Positions 17,910 to 27,336 of a DNA stretch of 64,000 bases are shown here, piece after piece. A program made the translations under genes and the position numbers. The stretch spans positions 3,136,001 through 3,200,000 of the forward strand of contig OZ220089.1 of assembly GCA_964291625.2 (NCBI GenBank), read 5' to 3'. Within the stretch, counting starts at the first letter, position 1; each line of letters opens with the position of its first letter. Source of the stretch: Candidatus Latescibacterota bacterium. Its GTDB lineage: Bacteria > Latescibacterota > UBA2968 > UBA8231. The notes beneath the pieces were generated by a model, which had not been told where the DNA came from, searched no databases, and saw only the letters and a program-made list of their open reading frames with translations.

Positions 17910-19187
17910 TCAGAGGCGGATGGTGGCGTCGCGGTCGGGGCCCACGGAGATCAGGCTCACCGGGGTGCCGCTCAGCTCCTCGATGCGGCGCACGTAGGCG
18001 CGGGCGCCCGTGGGCAGGTCGGCGAAGGCGCGGGCTCCGGTGGTCGGCGCGCACCAGCCGTCGACCTCCTCGTACACGGGCTCGCATTTGTCGAGGATCC
18101 GCGGGTCGGCGGGGAACTCCTCCAGCAGCTGGTCGCCGTGGCGGTAGGCGGTGCACAGCTTGAGGCGCTCCACCGGATCGAGGATGTCCAGCCGGGTGAG
18201 GGCCAGGCCGGTGAGGCCGTTGACCCGCGCCGCCATGCGGGCGATGGTGGCGTCGAACCAGCCGCAGCGCCGGGCGCGGCCCGTGGTGGCGCCGTACTCC
18301 TGGCCCAGCTCGCGGATGCGCTCCCCCTCGTCGTCGAGCAGCTCCGTCGGGAAGGGTCCGTTGCCGACGCGGGTCATGTAGGCCTTGGTGACGCCGATGA
18401 TCTCGTCGATCCGCGTCGGCCCCACCCCGCTCCCGGTGCAGGCGCCGCCGGCGGTGGTGTTGGAGGAGGTCACGTACGGATAGGTGCCGTGATCGATGTC
18501 GAGGAGGGTGCCCTGGGCGCCCTCGAAGAGCACCCGGCGGCCGTCGTCGAGGGCCTTGTTGAGGTAGACGGAGGTGTCGTCCACGTACGGGCGCAGCCGC
18601 TCGGAGAACCCCTGGGCCTGGCGCACCACCTCCTCCACGTCGATCGGCGGCGCCTCGTAGATGCGGGTGAGCACGTCGTTGGCGGCCCGGACGGCGGAGC
18701 GCAGCCGGTCGCGCAGGTCGGCGTCGAGCAGGTCCATCACCCGCAGAGCGTGGCTGCGGGCGACCTTGTCCCGGTAGGCGGGGCCGATGCCGCGGGCCGT
18801 GGTGCCGATGGCGCCGGAGCCGAGGCTCGCTTCGGAGGCGCGGTCGAGGGCCTTGTGGTAGGGCAGCACCACGTGGGCGCAGCCGCTGACCCGCAGGCGC
18901 TCGGGAGGCACGGGGATGCCCCGTCCCGCCAGCTCGTCCAGCTCGGAGAACAGGGACTCCGGGTCGAGGACCACCCCGTTGCCGACGACGCATACGGCGT
19001 GGTCGTTGAGGACCCCCACGGGCAGGGTGTGGAAGATCCAGGTCTCGCCCCCCACCTCGACGGTGTGGCCGGCGTTGGCTCCCCCCTGGAAGCGCACCAC
19101 CACGTCGGCTCCGGCGGCGAGGTAGTCGACGATCTTGGCCTTGCCCTCATCGCCCCACTGGGCTCCCAGGACGACGGTCGCTGCCAT
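17910..19187 (-). CDS. purA: Adenylosuccinate synthetase
   Basis: GAQWGDEGK; RFQGGANAGHT; FEGAQG; GTYPYVTSS; GATTGRARRCGW. Confidence 0.97.
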   Translation of the reverse strand: MAATVVLGAQWGDEGKAKIVDYLAAGADVVVRFQGGANAGHTVEVGGETWIFHTLPVGVLNDHAVCVVGNGVVLDPESLFSELDELAGRGIPVPPERLRVSGCAHVVLPYHKALDRASEASLGSGAIGTTARGIGPAYRDKVARSHALRVMDLLDADLRDRLRSAVRAANDVLTRIYEAPPIDVEEVVRQAQGFSERLRPYVDDTSVYLNKALDDGRRVLFEGAQGTLLDIDHGTYPYVTSSNTTAGGACTGSGVGPTRIDEIIGVTKAYMTRVGNGPFPTELLDDEGERIRELGQEYGATTGRARRCGWFDATIARMAARVNGLTGLALTRLDILDPVERLKLCTAYRHGDQLLEEFPADPRILDKCEPVYEEVDGWCAPTTGARAFADLPTGARAYVRRIEELSGTPVSLISVGPDRDATIRL

Positions 19188-19207
19188 GTTCAGCTCTCCC
19201 TCTCGCG

Positions 19208-20800
19208 TCACAGGCTCACGAGGCGAGCCCAGGTGATGTGGGGGTCGGTGAGGATCTCCTCGATCACGGCTTCGGGCACCGGGCTGTCGACGTTCAGCAC
19301 CGTCAGGGCCCGGCCTCCCACGTGATGCCGGCCGCAGGCCATGCGCGCGATGTTGATCTGGCGCCGGCCCATGGTGCTGCCGATGCGGCCGATGATCCCC
19401 GGCACGTCGTCGTTGAAGTAGAACAGCATATGTCCCTCGGGGACGGCGTCCAGGTCGTACTCGTCGACGCGCACGATGCGCGGGTCCTGGTGTCCGAAGA
19501 GGGTGCCCGACAGCACCCGCCGGCCGCCGCCGTCGAACTCGAGGGCCACCGTCAGCAGGCTGGCGTAGTCCTCGGCGTCGCTGCTCGTCAGCTCGTCGAT
19601 GCGGATGCCGCGCTCCTGGGCGACCATGCGGGCGTTGACGAGGTTCACCGTGCCCTCCTCGGCGAAGCTCTCCATCAGCCCCAGGAGGACCGCCGGGGTC
19701 AGGGACGACGTGGAGGAGGAGGTGACCTCGCCCCGGTACTCCACGGTGACGCGCCGCAGCGGCTCCCCCTCCGAGAGCTGGCCGTGGATGCGGCCGAGGC
19801 GTTCGCCCAGCTCCAGGTGGGGCCGCAGCTTCTCGTAGGCCTCGGGATCGAGGCTGGGCACGTTCACGGCGTTGTGGATCGCCCCGCCGGTCAGCACGTC
19901 CCGAACCTGGGCGGCCACCTGCAGGGCGACGCTGCTCTGCGCTTCCCGCGTCGCCGCCGCCAGGTGGGGGGTGCAGATCACCCGCTCGTGGGCCACCAGC
20001 CGCGACCCCGCTTCCGGCGGCTCGCTCTCGAAGACGTCCAGGGCGGCGCCGGCCACCTTGCCCGAGTCGAGGGCCGCCAGGAGGGCCTCTTCGTCGACGA
20101 TGCCGCCGCGGGCGCAGTTGACGACACGCACGCCGTCGCGGCAGCGGGCCAGTTCCCCCTCCGACAGCCGGTGTCGGGTCTGCGCCGTCAGGGGCACGTG
20201 GAAGGTCAGGAAGTCGGCTTCCTGCCAGATCTGCTCCTCCGGGGCCAGCTGGGCTCCGTACGACTGGGCCACCTCCTCCGTCACCGGGGGGTCGCAGGCG
20301 AGGACGCGCAGGCCGAGGGCGGCGGCCCTCTGGGCGACTTCGCGCCCCACCTGGCCGAGGCCGAAGACGCCGATCGTCTTGCCCGCCAGCTCGACGCCGG
20401 TGAGGGTGCCGGGCTCCCAGCGGCCGGCCTTCATCGAGGCCGTCCCCTGGGGGACGTTGCGCGCCAGGGAGAGGACCATGGCCACCGTGTGCTCCGCCGT
20501 GCTCACCGAGTTGCCCCCGGGGGTGTTCATCACCACGATGCCGCGGCGGGTGGCCTCGTCCACGTCGATGTTGTCCACCCCGGCGCCGGCCCGGCCGATG
20601 GCGCGCATGCGCCGCGCCCGGCGGATGACCTCGCCGGTGACGCGGGTGGCGCTGCGCACGATGAGCCCGTCGTAGGCGTCGATGCGCTCGAGCAGGTCGG
20701 CGGGCGACAGGCCGGTGCTCAGGTCGGCCTCGATGCGGCCGCCGGACTGCAGCACGTCGACGCAGCCGGGATCGACGCGGTCGCTGATCAGGACTCTCAT
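19208..20800 (-). CDS. serA: D-3-phosphoglycerate dehydrogenase (with ASB and ACT domains)
   Basis: IVRSAT; GRAGAGVDNID; VNCARGG; TPHL; C-terminal ACT DVPGIIGRIG. Confidence 0.95.
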   Translation of the reverse strand: MRVLISDRVDPGCVDVLQSGGRIEADLSTGLSPADLLERIDAYDGLIVRSATRVTGEVIRRARRMRAIGRAGAGVDNIDVDEATRRGIVVMNTPGGNSVSTAEHTVAMVLSLARNVPQGTASMKAGRWEPGTLTGVELAGKTIGVFGLGQVGREVAQRAAALGLRVLACDPPVTEEVAQSYGAQLAPEEQIWQEADFLTFHVPLTAQTRHRLSEGELARCRDGVRVVNCARGGIVDEEALLAALDSGKVAGAALDVFESEPPEAGSRLVAHERVICTPHLAAATREAQSSVALQVAAQVRDVLTGGAIHNAVNVPSLDPEAYEKLRPHLELGERLGRIHGQLSEGEPLRRVTVEYRGEVTSSSTSSLTPAVLLGLMESFAEEGTVNLVNARMVAQERGIRIDELTSSDAEDYASLLTVALEFDGGGRRVLSGTLFGHQDPRIVRVDEYDLDAVPEGHMLFYFNDDVPGIIGRIGSTMGRRQINIARMACGRHHVGGRALTVLNVDSPVPEAVIEEILTDPHITWARLVSL

Positions 20801-21399
20801 GGGGCCGGCGCGGCTTCCACCGCCGTCACCTCCCCGACCCACTGCAGCAGGTCGCCGCGGCCGAGGCCGGTCTCGGAGGAGAAGGGCAGGTAAGGCAGGT
20901 CGGCGAGCTGCCCCTCCTCCTCGAGCCGGGAGACCTGCCGGTCGAGCCTGCCGCGGGAGAGCTTGTCGGCCTTCGTGAGCACGAGGAGGAAGGGCCGTCC
21001 GCCGCTCTTCAGGGTGTCCACCATCTGCAGGTCCAGCTCCGTGGGGCCGTGGCGGGCGTCGATGAGCAGGACCACCGCCTGCAGGGCCTCGCGGTTGGCC
21101 AGGTAGGTCTCGATGAGCCGGCCCAGGTTGCGCCGCAGGTCGACGCCGCCGCGCACGTACCCGTAGCCGGGAAGGTCGACGAGGTAGAGCCGGTCGTTCA
21201 CCCGGTAGTAGTTGAGCTGCTGCGTGCGCCCGGGGGTGGAGCTGGTCTGCGCCAGACGCCGGCGCTGCACGAGGCGGTTGATCAGGCAGGACTTGCCGAC
21301 GTTGGAACGGCCGGCGAAGGCGACCTCGGGCAGGCCGTCGGTGGGCGAGCCCTTCTCCCCCACGGCGCCCACGACGAATTCCGCAGAGTGGATCCGCAC
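20797..21399 (-). CDS. engB: Ribosome biogenesis GTPase EngB/YihA
   Basis: GTG start; PEVAFAGRSNVGKS; SSTPGRT; DLPGYGY; TKADK; directly after clpX. Confidence 0.95.
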   Translation of the reverse strand: MRIHSAEFVVGAVGEKGSPTDGLPEVAFAGRSNVGKSCLINRLVQRRRLAQTSSTPGRTQQLNYYRVNDRLYLVDLPGYGYVRGGVDLRRNLGRLIETYLANREALQAVVLLIDARHGPTELDLQMVDTLKSGGRPFLLVLTKADKLSRGRLDRQVSRLEEEGQLADLPYLPFSSETGLGRGDLLQWVGEVTAVEAAPAP

Positions 21400-21413
21400 G
21401 ACCCCGCAGGCCT

Positions 21414-22661
21414 TCAGGCGGACTTGCGGAGGAGCTCGTCGCCGTCGTCGTCGGAGGCGACCCCGAGGTCGATCATCTCGGCGGTGACGACCAGCTCCGT
21501 CACCTCCTCGTGGGACGGGGTGTCGTAGAACACGTCCATCAGGGCCTGCTCCAGGACGGAGCGCAACCCGCGGGCCCCGGTGCCCTTGCTGACGGTGAGT
21601 TCCACCACGCGCCGCAGGGCGCCGTCGGTGAACCGCAGGTTGACGCCGTCCATCTCGAAGAGGCGGCTCACCTGCCGGACGATGGCGTTCTTCGGCTCCG
21701 TGAGGATGCGGAAGAGGTCTTCCTCGGAGAGGGCGGCGAGGGTGGTCACCACCGGAATGCGGCCGACGAACTCGGGGATCAGGCCGAACTGCAGCAGGTC
21801 CTCGGGCTGCACCTCGGAGAGGACCTGCGCGGGGCTCTCGGTGTCCGCCTCTTCCGAGGCCGCCCCGAAACCCAGGGTGCGCCGGCCCACGCGGGAGGAG
21901 ATCACCTTCGCCAGGCCCTCGAAGGCGCCGCCGCAGATGAACAGCACGTTCTGCGTGTTGACCTGGATCATCGGCTGCTCGGGATGCTTGCGGCCGCCCT
22001 TGGGGGGGATGTTGGCCACCGTGCCCTCGAGGATCTTCAGCAGGGCCTGCTGCACGCCCTCGCCCGAGACGTCGCGGCTCACCGCCGGCGCCGCCGACTT
22101 GCGCGCCACCTTGTCGATCTCGTCGAGGTAGACGATCCCCTTCTCGGCGCGGGCCACGTCGTAGTCGGCCGCCTGCAGCAGGCCTACCAGGATGTTCTCC
22201 ACGTCCTCGCCCACGTACCCGGCCTCGGTGAGGATGGTGGCGTCGGCCATGCAGAAGGGCACCTGCAGGACCTTGGCGAGGGTCTGGGCCAGCAGGGTCT
22301 TGCCCGTGCCCGTGGGCCCCACGAGGAGGATGTTGCTCTTCTCGAGCTCGACGCCGTCGAGGGCGACGTTGGTACGGATGCGCTTGTAATGGTTGTACAC
22401 GGCCACGGAGAGGATCTTCTTGGCCTCCTCCTGGCCGATGACGTACTCGTCGAGGTAGGCCTTGATGTCGATGGGCTTGGGAGGGGTGCCGGTCTCCCAC
22501 GGCAGGGTCTGCTTCTTGTCCTCGGCGAGGACATCGTTGCAGAGCTTGACGCACTCGTTGCAGATGTGCACCGACGGCCCGGTGATGATGCGGTCCACCT
22601 GGCTGGCGCCGCGGGTGCAGAAGGAGCAGCGCGGCTCGGCCTTGGAAGTGCGGCGGCGCAT
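21414..22661 (-). CDS. clpX: ATP-dependent Clp protease ATPase subunit ClpX
   Basis: CSFC...ICNEC zinc finger; GPTGTGKT; GYVGEDVE; [10 protein letters not shown]; GGRKHP; TGARGLR. Confidence 0.97.
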   Translation of the reverse strand: MRRRTSKAEPRCSFCTRGASQVDRIITGPSVHICNECVKLCNDVLAEDKKQTLPWETGTPPKPIDIKAYLDEYVIGQEEAKKILSVAVYNHYKRIRTNVALDGVELEKSNILLVGPTGTGKTLLAQTLAKVLQVPFCMADATILTEAGYVGEDVENILVGLLQAADYDVARAEKGIVYLDEIDKVARKSAAPAVSRDVSGEGVQQALLKILEGTVANIPPKGGRKHPEQPMIQVNTQNVLFICGGAFEGLAKVISSRVGRRTLGFGAASEEADTESPAQVLSEVQPEDLLQFGLIPEFVGRIPVVTTLAALSEEDLFRILTEPKNAIVRQVSRLFEMDGVNLRFTDGALRRVVELTVSKGTGARGLRSVLEQALMDVFYDTPSHEEVTELVVTAEMIDLGVASDDDGDELLRKSA

Positions 22662-22669
22662 GGGAGGAG

Positions 22670-23287
22670 CTAGCCCGCCGCCTCCGCCGGCTGCGACAGG
22701 GCCAGGGTGGAAGGGGTGATGATCTCGTCGACGATGCCGTACTCGCGGGCGTCCTCGGCGCTCATGAAGAAGTCCCGCTCGGTGTCGGCCTGGATGCGCT
22801 CGAGATCGCGCCCGGTGCGCTCGGCGAGGATGTCGTTGATCTGCCGGCGGATCTGGATGATCTCGCGGGCGTGGATCTCCACGTCGGCGGCCTGCCCTCC
22901 GATGCCGCCCATGGGCTGATGCAGCAGCACCCGGGCGTTGGGCAGGCACTGGCGCTTGCCGCGGGCCCCACCGGCGAGGAGCACGGCGCCCATGCTCGAG
23001 GCCTGGCCGATGCAGATGGTGGCCACGTCGGGCTGGACGTACTGCATGGTGTCGTAGATCGCCATGCCCGCGGTTACCGATCCGCCGGGGGTGTTGATGT
23101 AGAGGGAGATGTCCTTCTTCGGGTCCTCCGAAGCGAGGAACAGCATCTGGGCGATGACGAGATTGGCGATGCTGTCGCCCACCGGCGTGCCGATGAAGAC
23201 GATGCGCTCCCTGAGCAGCCGGGAGTAGATGTCGTAGGAGCGTTCGCCCCGTCCGGTCTGCTCGATGACCATCGGTATCAGCGACAT
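22670..23287 (-). CDS. clpP: Clp protease proteolytic subunit
   Basis: [22 protein letters not shown]; GQASSMG; LHQP; DTERD. Confidence 0.97.
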   Translation of the reverse strand: MSLIPMVIEQTGRGERSYDIYSRLLRERIVFIGTPVGDSIANLVIAQMLFLASEDPKKDISLYINTPGGSVTAGMAIYDTMQYVQPDVATICIGQASSMGAVLLAGGARGKRQCLPNARVLLHQPMGGIGGQAADVEIHAREIIQIRRQINDILAERTGRDLERIQADTERDFFMSAEDAREYGIVDEIITPSTLALSQPAEAAG

Positions 23288-23289
23288 GT

Positions 23290-24585
23290 TCAGACCGCCC
23301 TCTCTTCGACGATGGCGTGCTCTTCGAGGTACGCGAAGATCTTGTCCTCCTCCAGGTCGCGGCGCAGGTCGGCGGCCCGGGGCGACCGCTTCAGCTTGTC
23401 GAGCTGCAGGTTGAGCTGCCGCGACCGGTCGGCCAGGTAGCCCTCGAACTCCTCGTCCGTGACCTCGACGGGAACCTTCTTGCGCAGTCCCTCCATGATC
23501 AGGAAGGTCTTCAGGCGCTTGACCGCGTCTTCCCGCTCCTCCGCCGTCGGCTCCTCCGGCTCATGGTCGCGATCATGGGGATGGTCCTGGTGGTCGGGGC
23601 CGTGCTCCTGGCGCTCGCGCTCGCGGCGCATCGATTCGAGGTAGTTGTCCACCAGCGAATCGGAGAGCTCCACCTCGTTGGCCCGGTGGAGGCCCTCGAG
23701 GAGGTCGCTGCGCAGCTTCTGCCGGGCCAGGTAGTTCCAGCGTTCGTCCAGTTGGGAGCGCAGGTGGTCCCTGAGCTGCTCCAGGCCCTCGAAGCGGTCG
23801 CCCACCGCGCTGGCGAACTCGTCGTCGAGCTCGGGGAGGGTGCGCTCGCGGATCTCGCGGGCGGTGACGGCGAAGTGCGCCCGCGTGCCGGCGAGATCCT
23901 CGTTGGGCAGGTCCTCGCGGTACTGGAACCGCACCTTGCGCTCGGCCCCCGCCTCGATACCGAGGAGGGCCTCCTCGAACTCGGGGCTCGGCGCGTTGTC
24001 GTCGCCGATGAGGAAGTAGCGCTCCTCGTAGCGGTCGCCGATGATCGGCACGCCGCCCTCGTCGAGGCGCTGCAGGTCGGCGATGAGCACGTCGCCGCGG
24101 GCCAGGCCGCGCTCGACGGAGCGCTCCGACGCATGCTGGCGCTGCAGCTCCTGGAGCTGCTCCTCCACCTCCTCGTCGGAGACCCCGTGGGTGAGGCGCG
24201 TGGCCCTCAGGCCCTCGTGGCCCTGCACGTCGACCTCGGGCCAGATGTCGATGCTGGCGGTGAAGCTCAGTCCGCCGGCCTCGCTCTCGTCGAGCCGGGT
24301 GATTCGCGGAGTGCCCGCCGGCATCAGCCCCGTCTGCTGCGCCGCCTCGCGCATGAGCTCGGGCAGCAGGTCCTCGATGACGCCGCTGCGGATCGACGGG
24401 CCGAAGCGCTGCTGGATGAGCCGGAGGGGAACCTTGCCTTTGCGGAAGCCGGGGATCTCCAGGCGCTTCTGGTAGCCCCGCAGGGCGCTCTGCATCTCCC
24501 GGTCGATGCGCTCGGGCGGCACCTCGACATCGAGGTCTCGCGCCCAGCGGCCGGTCTCTTTTACGGTCGTTTCCAAGGTCGTCAT
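23290..24585 (-). CDS. tig: Trigger factor
   Basis: [10 protein letters not shown] signature; upstream of clpP; start MTTLETTV placed just after the tRNA (the longer ORF call runs through the tRNA). Confidence 0.92.
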   Translation of the reverse strand: MTTLETTVKETGRWARDLDVEVPPERIDREMQSALRGYQKRLEIPGFRKGKVPLRLIQQRFGPSIRSGVIEDLLPELMREAAQQTGLMPAGTPRITRLDESEAGGLSFTASIDIWPEVDVQGHEGLRATRLTHGVSDEEVEEQLQELQRQHASERSVERGLARGDVLIADLQRLDEGGVPIIGDRYEERYFLIGDDNAPSPEFEEALLGIEAGAERKVRFQYREDLPNEDLAGTRAHFAVTAREIRERTLPELDDEFASAVGDRFEGLEQLRDHLRSQLDERWNYLARQKLRSDLLEGLHRANEVELSDSLVDNYLESMRRERERQEHGPDHQDHPHDRDHEPEEPTAEEREDAVKRLKTFLIMEGLRKKVPVEVTDEEFEGYLADRSRQLNLQLDKLKRSPRAADLRRDLEEDKIFAYLEEHAIVEERAV

Positions 24586-24590
24586 ATCCG

Positions 24591-24674
24591 TGCGAAAGGG
24601 GGGACTCGAACCCCCAAGCCCCGAGGGGCACCAGATCCTAAATCTGGCGCGTATGCCAATTCCGCCACTTTCGC
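24591..24674 (-). tRNA. tRNA-Leu (anticodon TAG); CCA not encoded
   Basis: GCGAAAG acceptor stem pairs with CTTTCGC, discriminator A; D-arm GGCGGAATTGGCATACGC; anticodon arm CCAGA-TTTAGGA-TCTGG; long variable arm; GGTTCGAGTCC. Confidence 0.96.
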
Positions 24675-24691
24675 AAAACCGTGCTCCGTCC

Positions 24692-24731
24692 AACAAAGGA
24701 AGCACCGGGTCCGCACACCGCCCGGTGCTTC
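24692..24731 (-). terminator. 11-bp hairpin followed by CTTTGTT (terminator- or attenuator-like)
   Basis: GAAGCACCGGG-N11-CCCGGTGCTTC, between the glyQS stop and the tRNA. Confidence 0.55.
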
Positions 24732-24747
24732 GCTCCACAGCCGGGCG

Positions 24748-24776
24748 AATATACCCGTTCGCCGGACCAGAATCAA
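24748..24776 (-). promoter_or_regulatory. Sigma70-like promoter for tRNA-Leu-tig-clpPX
   Basis: TTGATT-N17-TATATT followed by GC-rich discriminator CGCCCGG. Confidence 0.68.
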
Positions 24777-26158
24777 GATTCCGGGTGCCTCCAAAGGTCC
24801 ATGCGGCGGCGGATCTCGGAGAGCAGATCGGAGCCGGGAACGCGGTCCTGCTCCATGGAGTCGCGCTCCCGGAGAGTGACCGTGCCGTCCTGGAGGGTGT
24901 CGGAGTCGACGGTGATGCAGAAGGGGGTGCCCACCTCGTCCATGCGCCGGTACCGGCGGCCGATGGCGCCCCCCTCGTCGTAGGCCACGCGCAGGTGGGG
25001 CCGCAACTCCGCCTCCAGGCGGCGGGCGATCTCGGGCATGCCGTCGCGCTTGACCAGGGGCAGGATGGCCGCCTTGAGGGGCGCGATGCGCGGGTGGAAG
25101 CGCATCACCGTGCGGCGGTCGCCCTTCACCTCTTCCTCGGCGTAGGCGTTGGTGAGCACCATCATCGTCTGGCGGCTGGCGCCGGCCGAGGTCTCGATGA
25201 CGGCGGGCAGGACCTTCTCGCGCGACTGGTCGTCGAAGTACTTGAGCTGCTTGCCCGAGTACTCCTCGTGGCGGCCGAGGTCGTACTGCCCGCGGTGGTG
25301 GATGCCCTCCATCTCGTCCCACCCGAAGGGGAACTCGAACTGGATGTCGAAGGCGGCGCGTGCGTAGTGAGCGAGCTCGCCGGCGCCGTGCTCGCGCCAG
25401 CGCAGCCGGCTCTCGGCGATGCCCAGGCCCTCGGTGATCCACGTCCAGCGCTGCTCTTTCCAGTAGTCGAGCCAGCGCTCCTCCTCGCCCGGCGCCACGA
25501 AGTACTGCATCTCCATCTGCTCGAACTCGCGGGTGCGGAAGAGGAAGTTCTTCGTGTTGATCTCGTTGCGGAAGGCCTTGCCGATCTGGGCGATGCCGAA
25601 GGGCAGCTTCTGGCGCATCGCCTGCTGCACGTTGAGGAAGTTGACGAAGATCCCCTGGGCCGTCTCGGGCCTCAGGAATACGACGCTCGCCGAGTCCTCC
25701 ACGGGGCCGACGTGGGTCTTGAACATCAGGTTGAAGTGGCGGGCCTCGCCCAACTCGTTGCCCTTCGGGCTCCGGAGGCCGACCTCGGCCATCTTCGCCG
25801 TCATCTCCTCCAGGCCCAGGCCGGTGCAGTCGACGCCCGCCTCCTCCAGCAGATGGTCGAGGCGGAACCTCTCGTTGGTCTTGCGATCCTCCACCATGGG
25901 ATCGGTGAAGCCCTCCACGTGGCCCGAGGCCTCCCAGGTGCGCGGGTGCATCAGGATCGCCGCGTCGAGGCCCTCCACGTCCTCGCGGTAGGTCATGGAC
26001 CGCCACCAGGCCTCCTTGACGTTGCGCAGCAGCTCGACGCCGAGGGGGCCGTAGTCCCAGCAGCCGTTGAGGCCGCCGTAGATCTCGGAGCTCTGGAAGA
26101 TGAACCCCTTGCGCTTGCACAGGGAGACGAGCTTTTCCATCACGTCGCCATCTGACAT
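24773..26158 (-). CDS. glyQS: Glycine--tRNA ligase (alpha2 type)
   Basis: LCKRKGFIFQSSEIYGG; DYGPLG; LRPETAQG; GKAFRNEI; FRTREFEQME; IGRRYRRMDEVGTP. Confidence 0.96.
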   Translation of the reverse strand: MSDGDVMEKLVSLCKRKGFIFQSSEIYGGLNGCWDYGPLGVELLRNVKEAWWRSMTYREDVEGLDAAILMHPRTWEASGHVEGFTDPMVEDRKTNERFRLDHLLEEAGVDCTGLGLEEMTAKMAEVGLRSPKGNELGEARHFNLMFKTHVGPVEDSASVVFLRPETAQGIFVNFLNVQQAMRQKLPFGIAQIGKAFRNEINTKNFLFRTREFEQMEMQYFVAPGEEERWLDYWKEQRWTWITEGLGIAESRLRWREHGAGELAHYARAAFDIQFEFPFGWDEMEGIHHRGQYDLGRHEEYSGKQLKYFDDQSREKVLPAVIETSAGASRQTMMVLTNAYAEEEVKGDRRTVMRFHPRIAPLKAAILPLVKRDGMPEIARRLEAELRPHLRVAYDEGGAIGRRYRRMDEVGTPFCITVDSDTLQDGTVTLRERDSMEQDRVPGSDLLSEIRRRMDLWRHPES

Positions 26159-26970
26159 CAACCCCGTCCCTTCAGTGTGTCGAGGAACTCCAGGGACCGC
26201 AGACGGCCCCTCGTCCCCGCGTGGTACTCGAGAAAGCCGCGCAGCAGGCCGCGGATCTCGCCGGTGAGAGCCGCGGGCGCCGGCGGGATCGCCTCGCGCC
26301 TGTAGGCGCGCAGCCCCTGCAGCCCGGCCAGCAGCCGCATGCCATCGCCGGCGACCCGGCGGGCGCCGCCGAAGTCGCCGGGGGCCGCCCGGTCGGAGGC
26401 CGCCTCGGACCGGGCGCAGTCGCGGCACAGGCCGCCGCCGAGGGCGGGGCTGAACCAGCCGGGCCCACTCCCCGGCGGTGAGCCGCAGAGGACGCAGGCC
26501 TCCAGCTCGGGCCGGTATCCGAGGGCCTCGGCGACGCGCAGCTGGTAGTACCAGAACAGCGACTCCAGCTGCGGCTCCTCCACCTCCTCGAGGCCGCCGA
26601 GGACCCCCGTGAGACAGCGGAACAGGCGCCGGCTCGCCTCGTGCTCGATGGTCAGCCGGTCGACGATCTCGCAGGCGGCGGCGGCGTACGACAGGCGCCG
26701 CAGGTCGGCCACCAGGGCCGGGCGGGACCGGACCAGCTCGGCCTCGGAGAGGGTGTGCAGGTCGCGGTCGTCGCGCATGGAGCAGGCGATGTGCACCGAC
26801 CATCCGACCTCCAGGCAGCCGGCGAATCGGCTCTTCGGCCGCCGGGCGCCGTTGGCCATCACCCGGAGCTTGCCGTGGTCCTCGGTGAAGAGGGTGACGA
26901 GCTTGCCCGTCTCGCCCTGCCGCCGGGTGCGCAGAACCACCGCGTCGGTCCTGGCCTGGATGCGTGCCAA
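26158..26970 (-). CDS. recO: DNA repair protein RecO
   Basis: AVVLR...GETGKLVTLFTEDHGK...GARRPKSRF; GYRPELEACVLCG...GGGLCRDC. Confidence 0.92.
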   Translation of the reverse strand: MARIQARTDAVVLRTRRQGETGKLVTLFTEDHGKLRVMANGARRPKSRFAGCLEVGWSVHIACSMRDDRDLHTLSEAELVRSRPALVADLRRLSYAAAACEIVDRLTIEHEASRRLFRCLTGVLGGLEEVEEPQLESLFWYYQLRVAEALGYRPELEACVLCGSPPGSGPGWFSPALGGGLCRDCARSEAASDRAAPGDFGGARRVAGDGMRLLAGLQGLRAYRREAIPPAPAALTGEIRGLLRGFLEYHAGTRGRLRSLEFLDTLKGRG

Positions 26971-26979
26971 GCGCCGCCG

Positions 26980-27336
26980 CTACTGGCCGCCGGGAGCTTC
27001 CTGTCCGCGGATGCGGTACAGCCGCTCTCCGGGCCTGGCCATGCCGAACTGCTCGCGGGCGACCTTCTCGAGGTACGCGGGGTCGCTCCGCAGCCGGTGG
27101 AGAATCTGCCGCATGCTGTCGTTCTGCGCCTCCAGGCGGGCCACTTCCGCCTCCAGCTCGGCCAGTCGCGCGCCGTGGTCCTGCAGCTCCACCCAGCCGC
27201 CCTCCTCGCCGAAGAACAGGTAGCCCCAGGCGGCGATCACGAGGAGGACGGCGGCCACCGTCCACAGCCGCACCCTCGGCGGCTCGGTGGCCAGGGGGTC
27301 GGTCGCCGGCGGGTCGTCGGGGGTCCGTCTGGCCAT
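26980..27336 (-). CDS. ftsB: Septum formation initiator FtsB/DivIC
   Basis: TM helix plus coiled coil; DPAYLEKVAREQFGMARPGE. Confidence 0.87.
   Translation of the reverse strand: MARRTPDDPPATDPLATEPPRVRLWTVAAVLLVIAAWGYLFFGEEGGWVELQDHGARLAELEAEVARLEAQNDSMRQILHRLRSDPAYLEKVAREQFGMARPGERLYRIRGQEAPGGQ

Noticed and set aside
24591-24674. tRNA-Leu as an island integration site
   Set aside because: No duplicated tRNA 3' end or integrase was seen, and both flanks are core genes.
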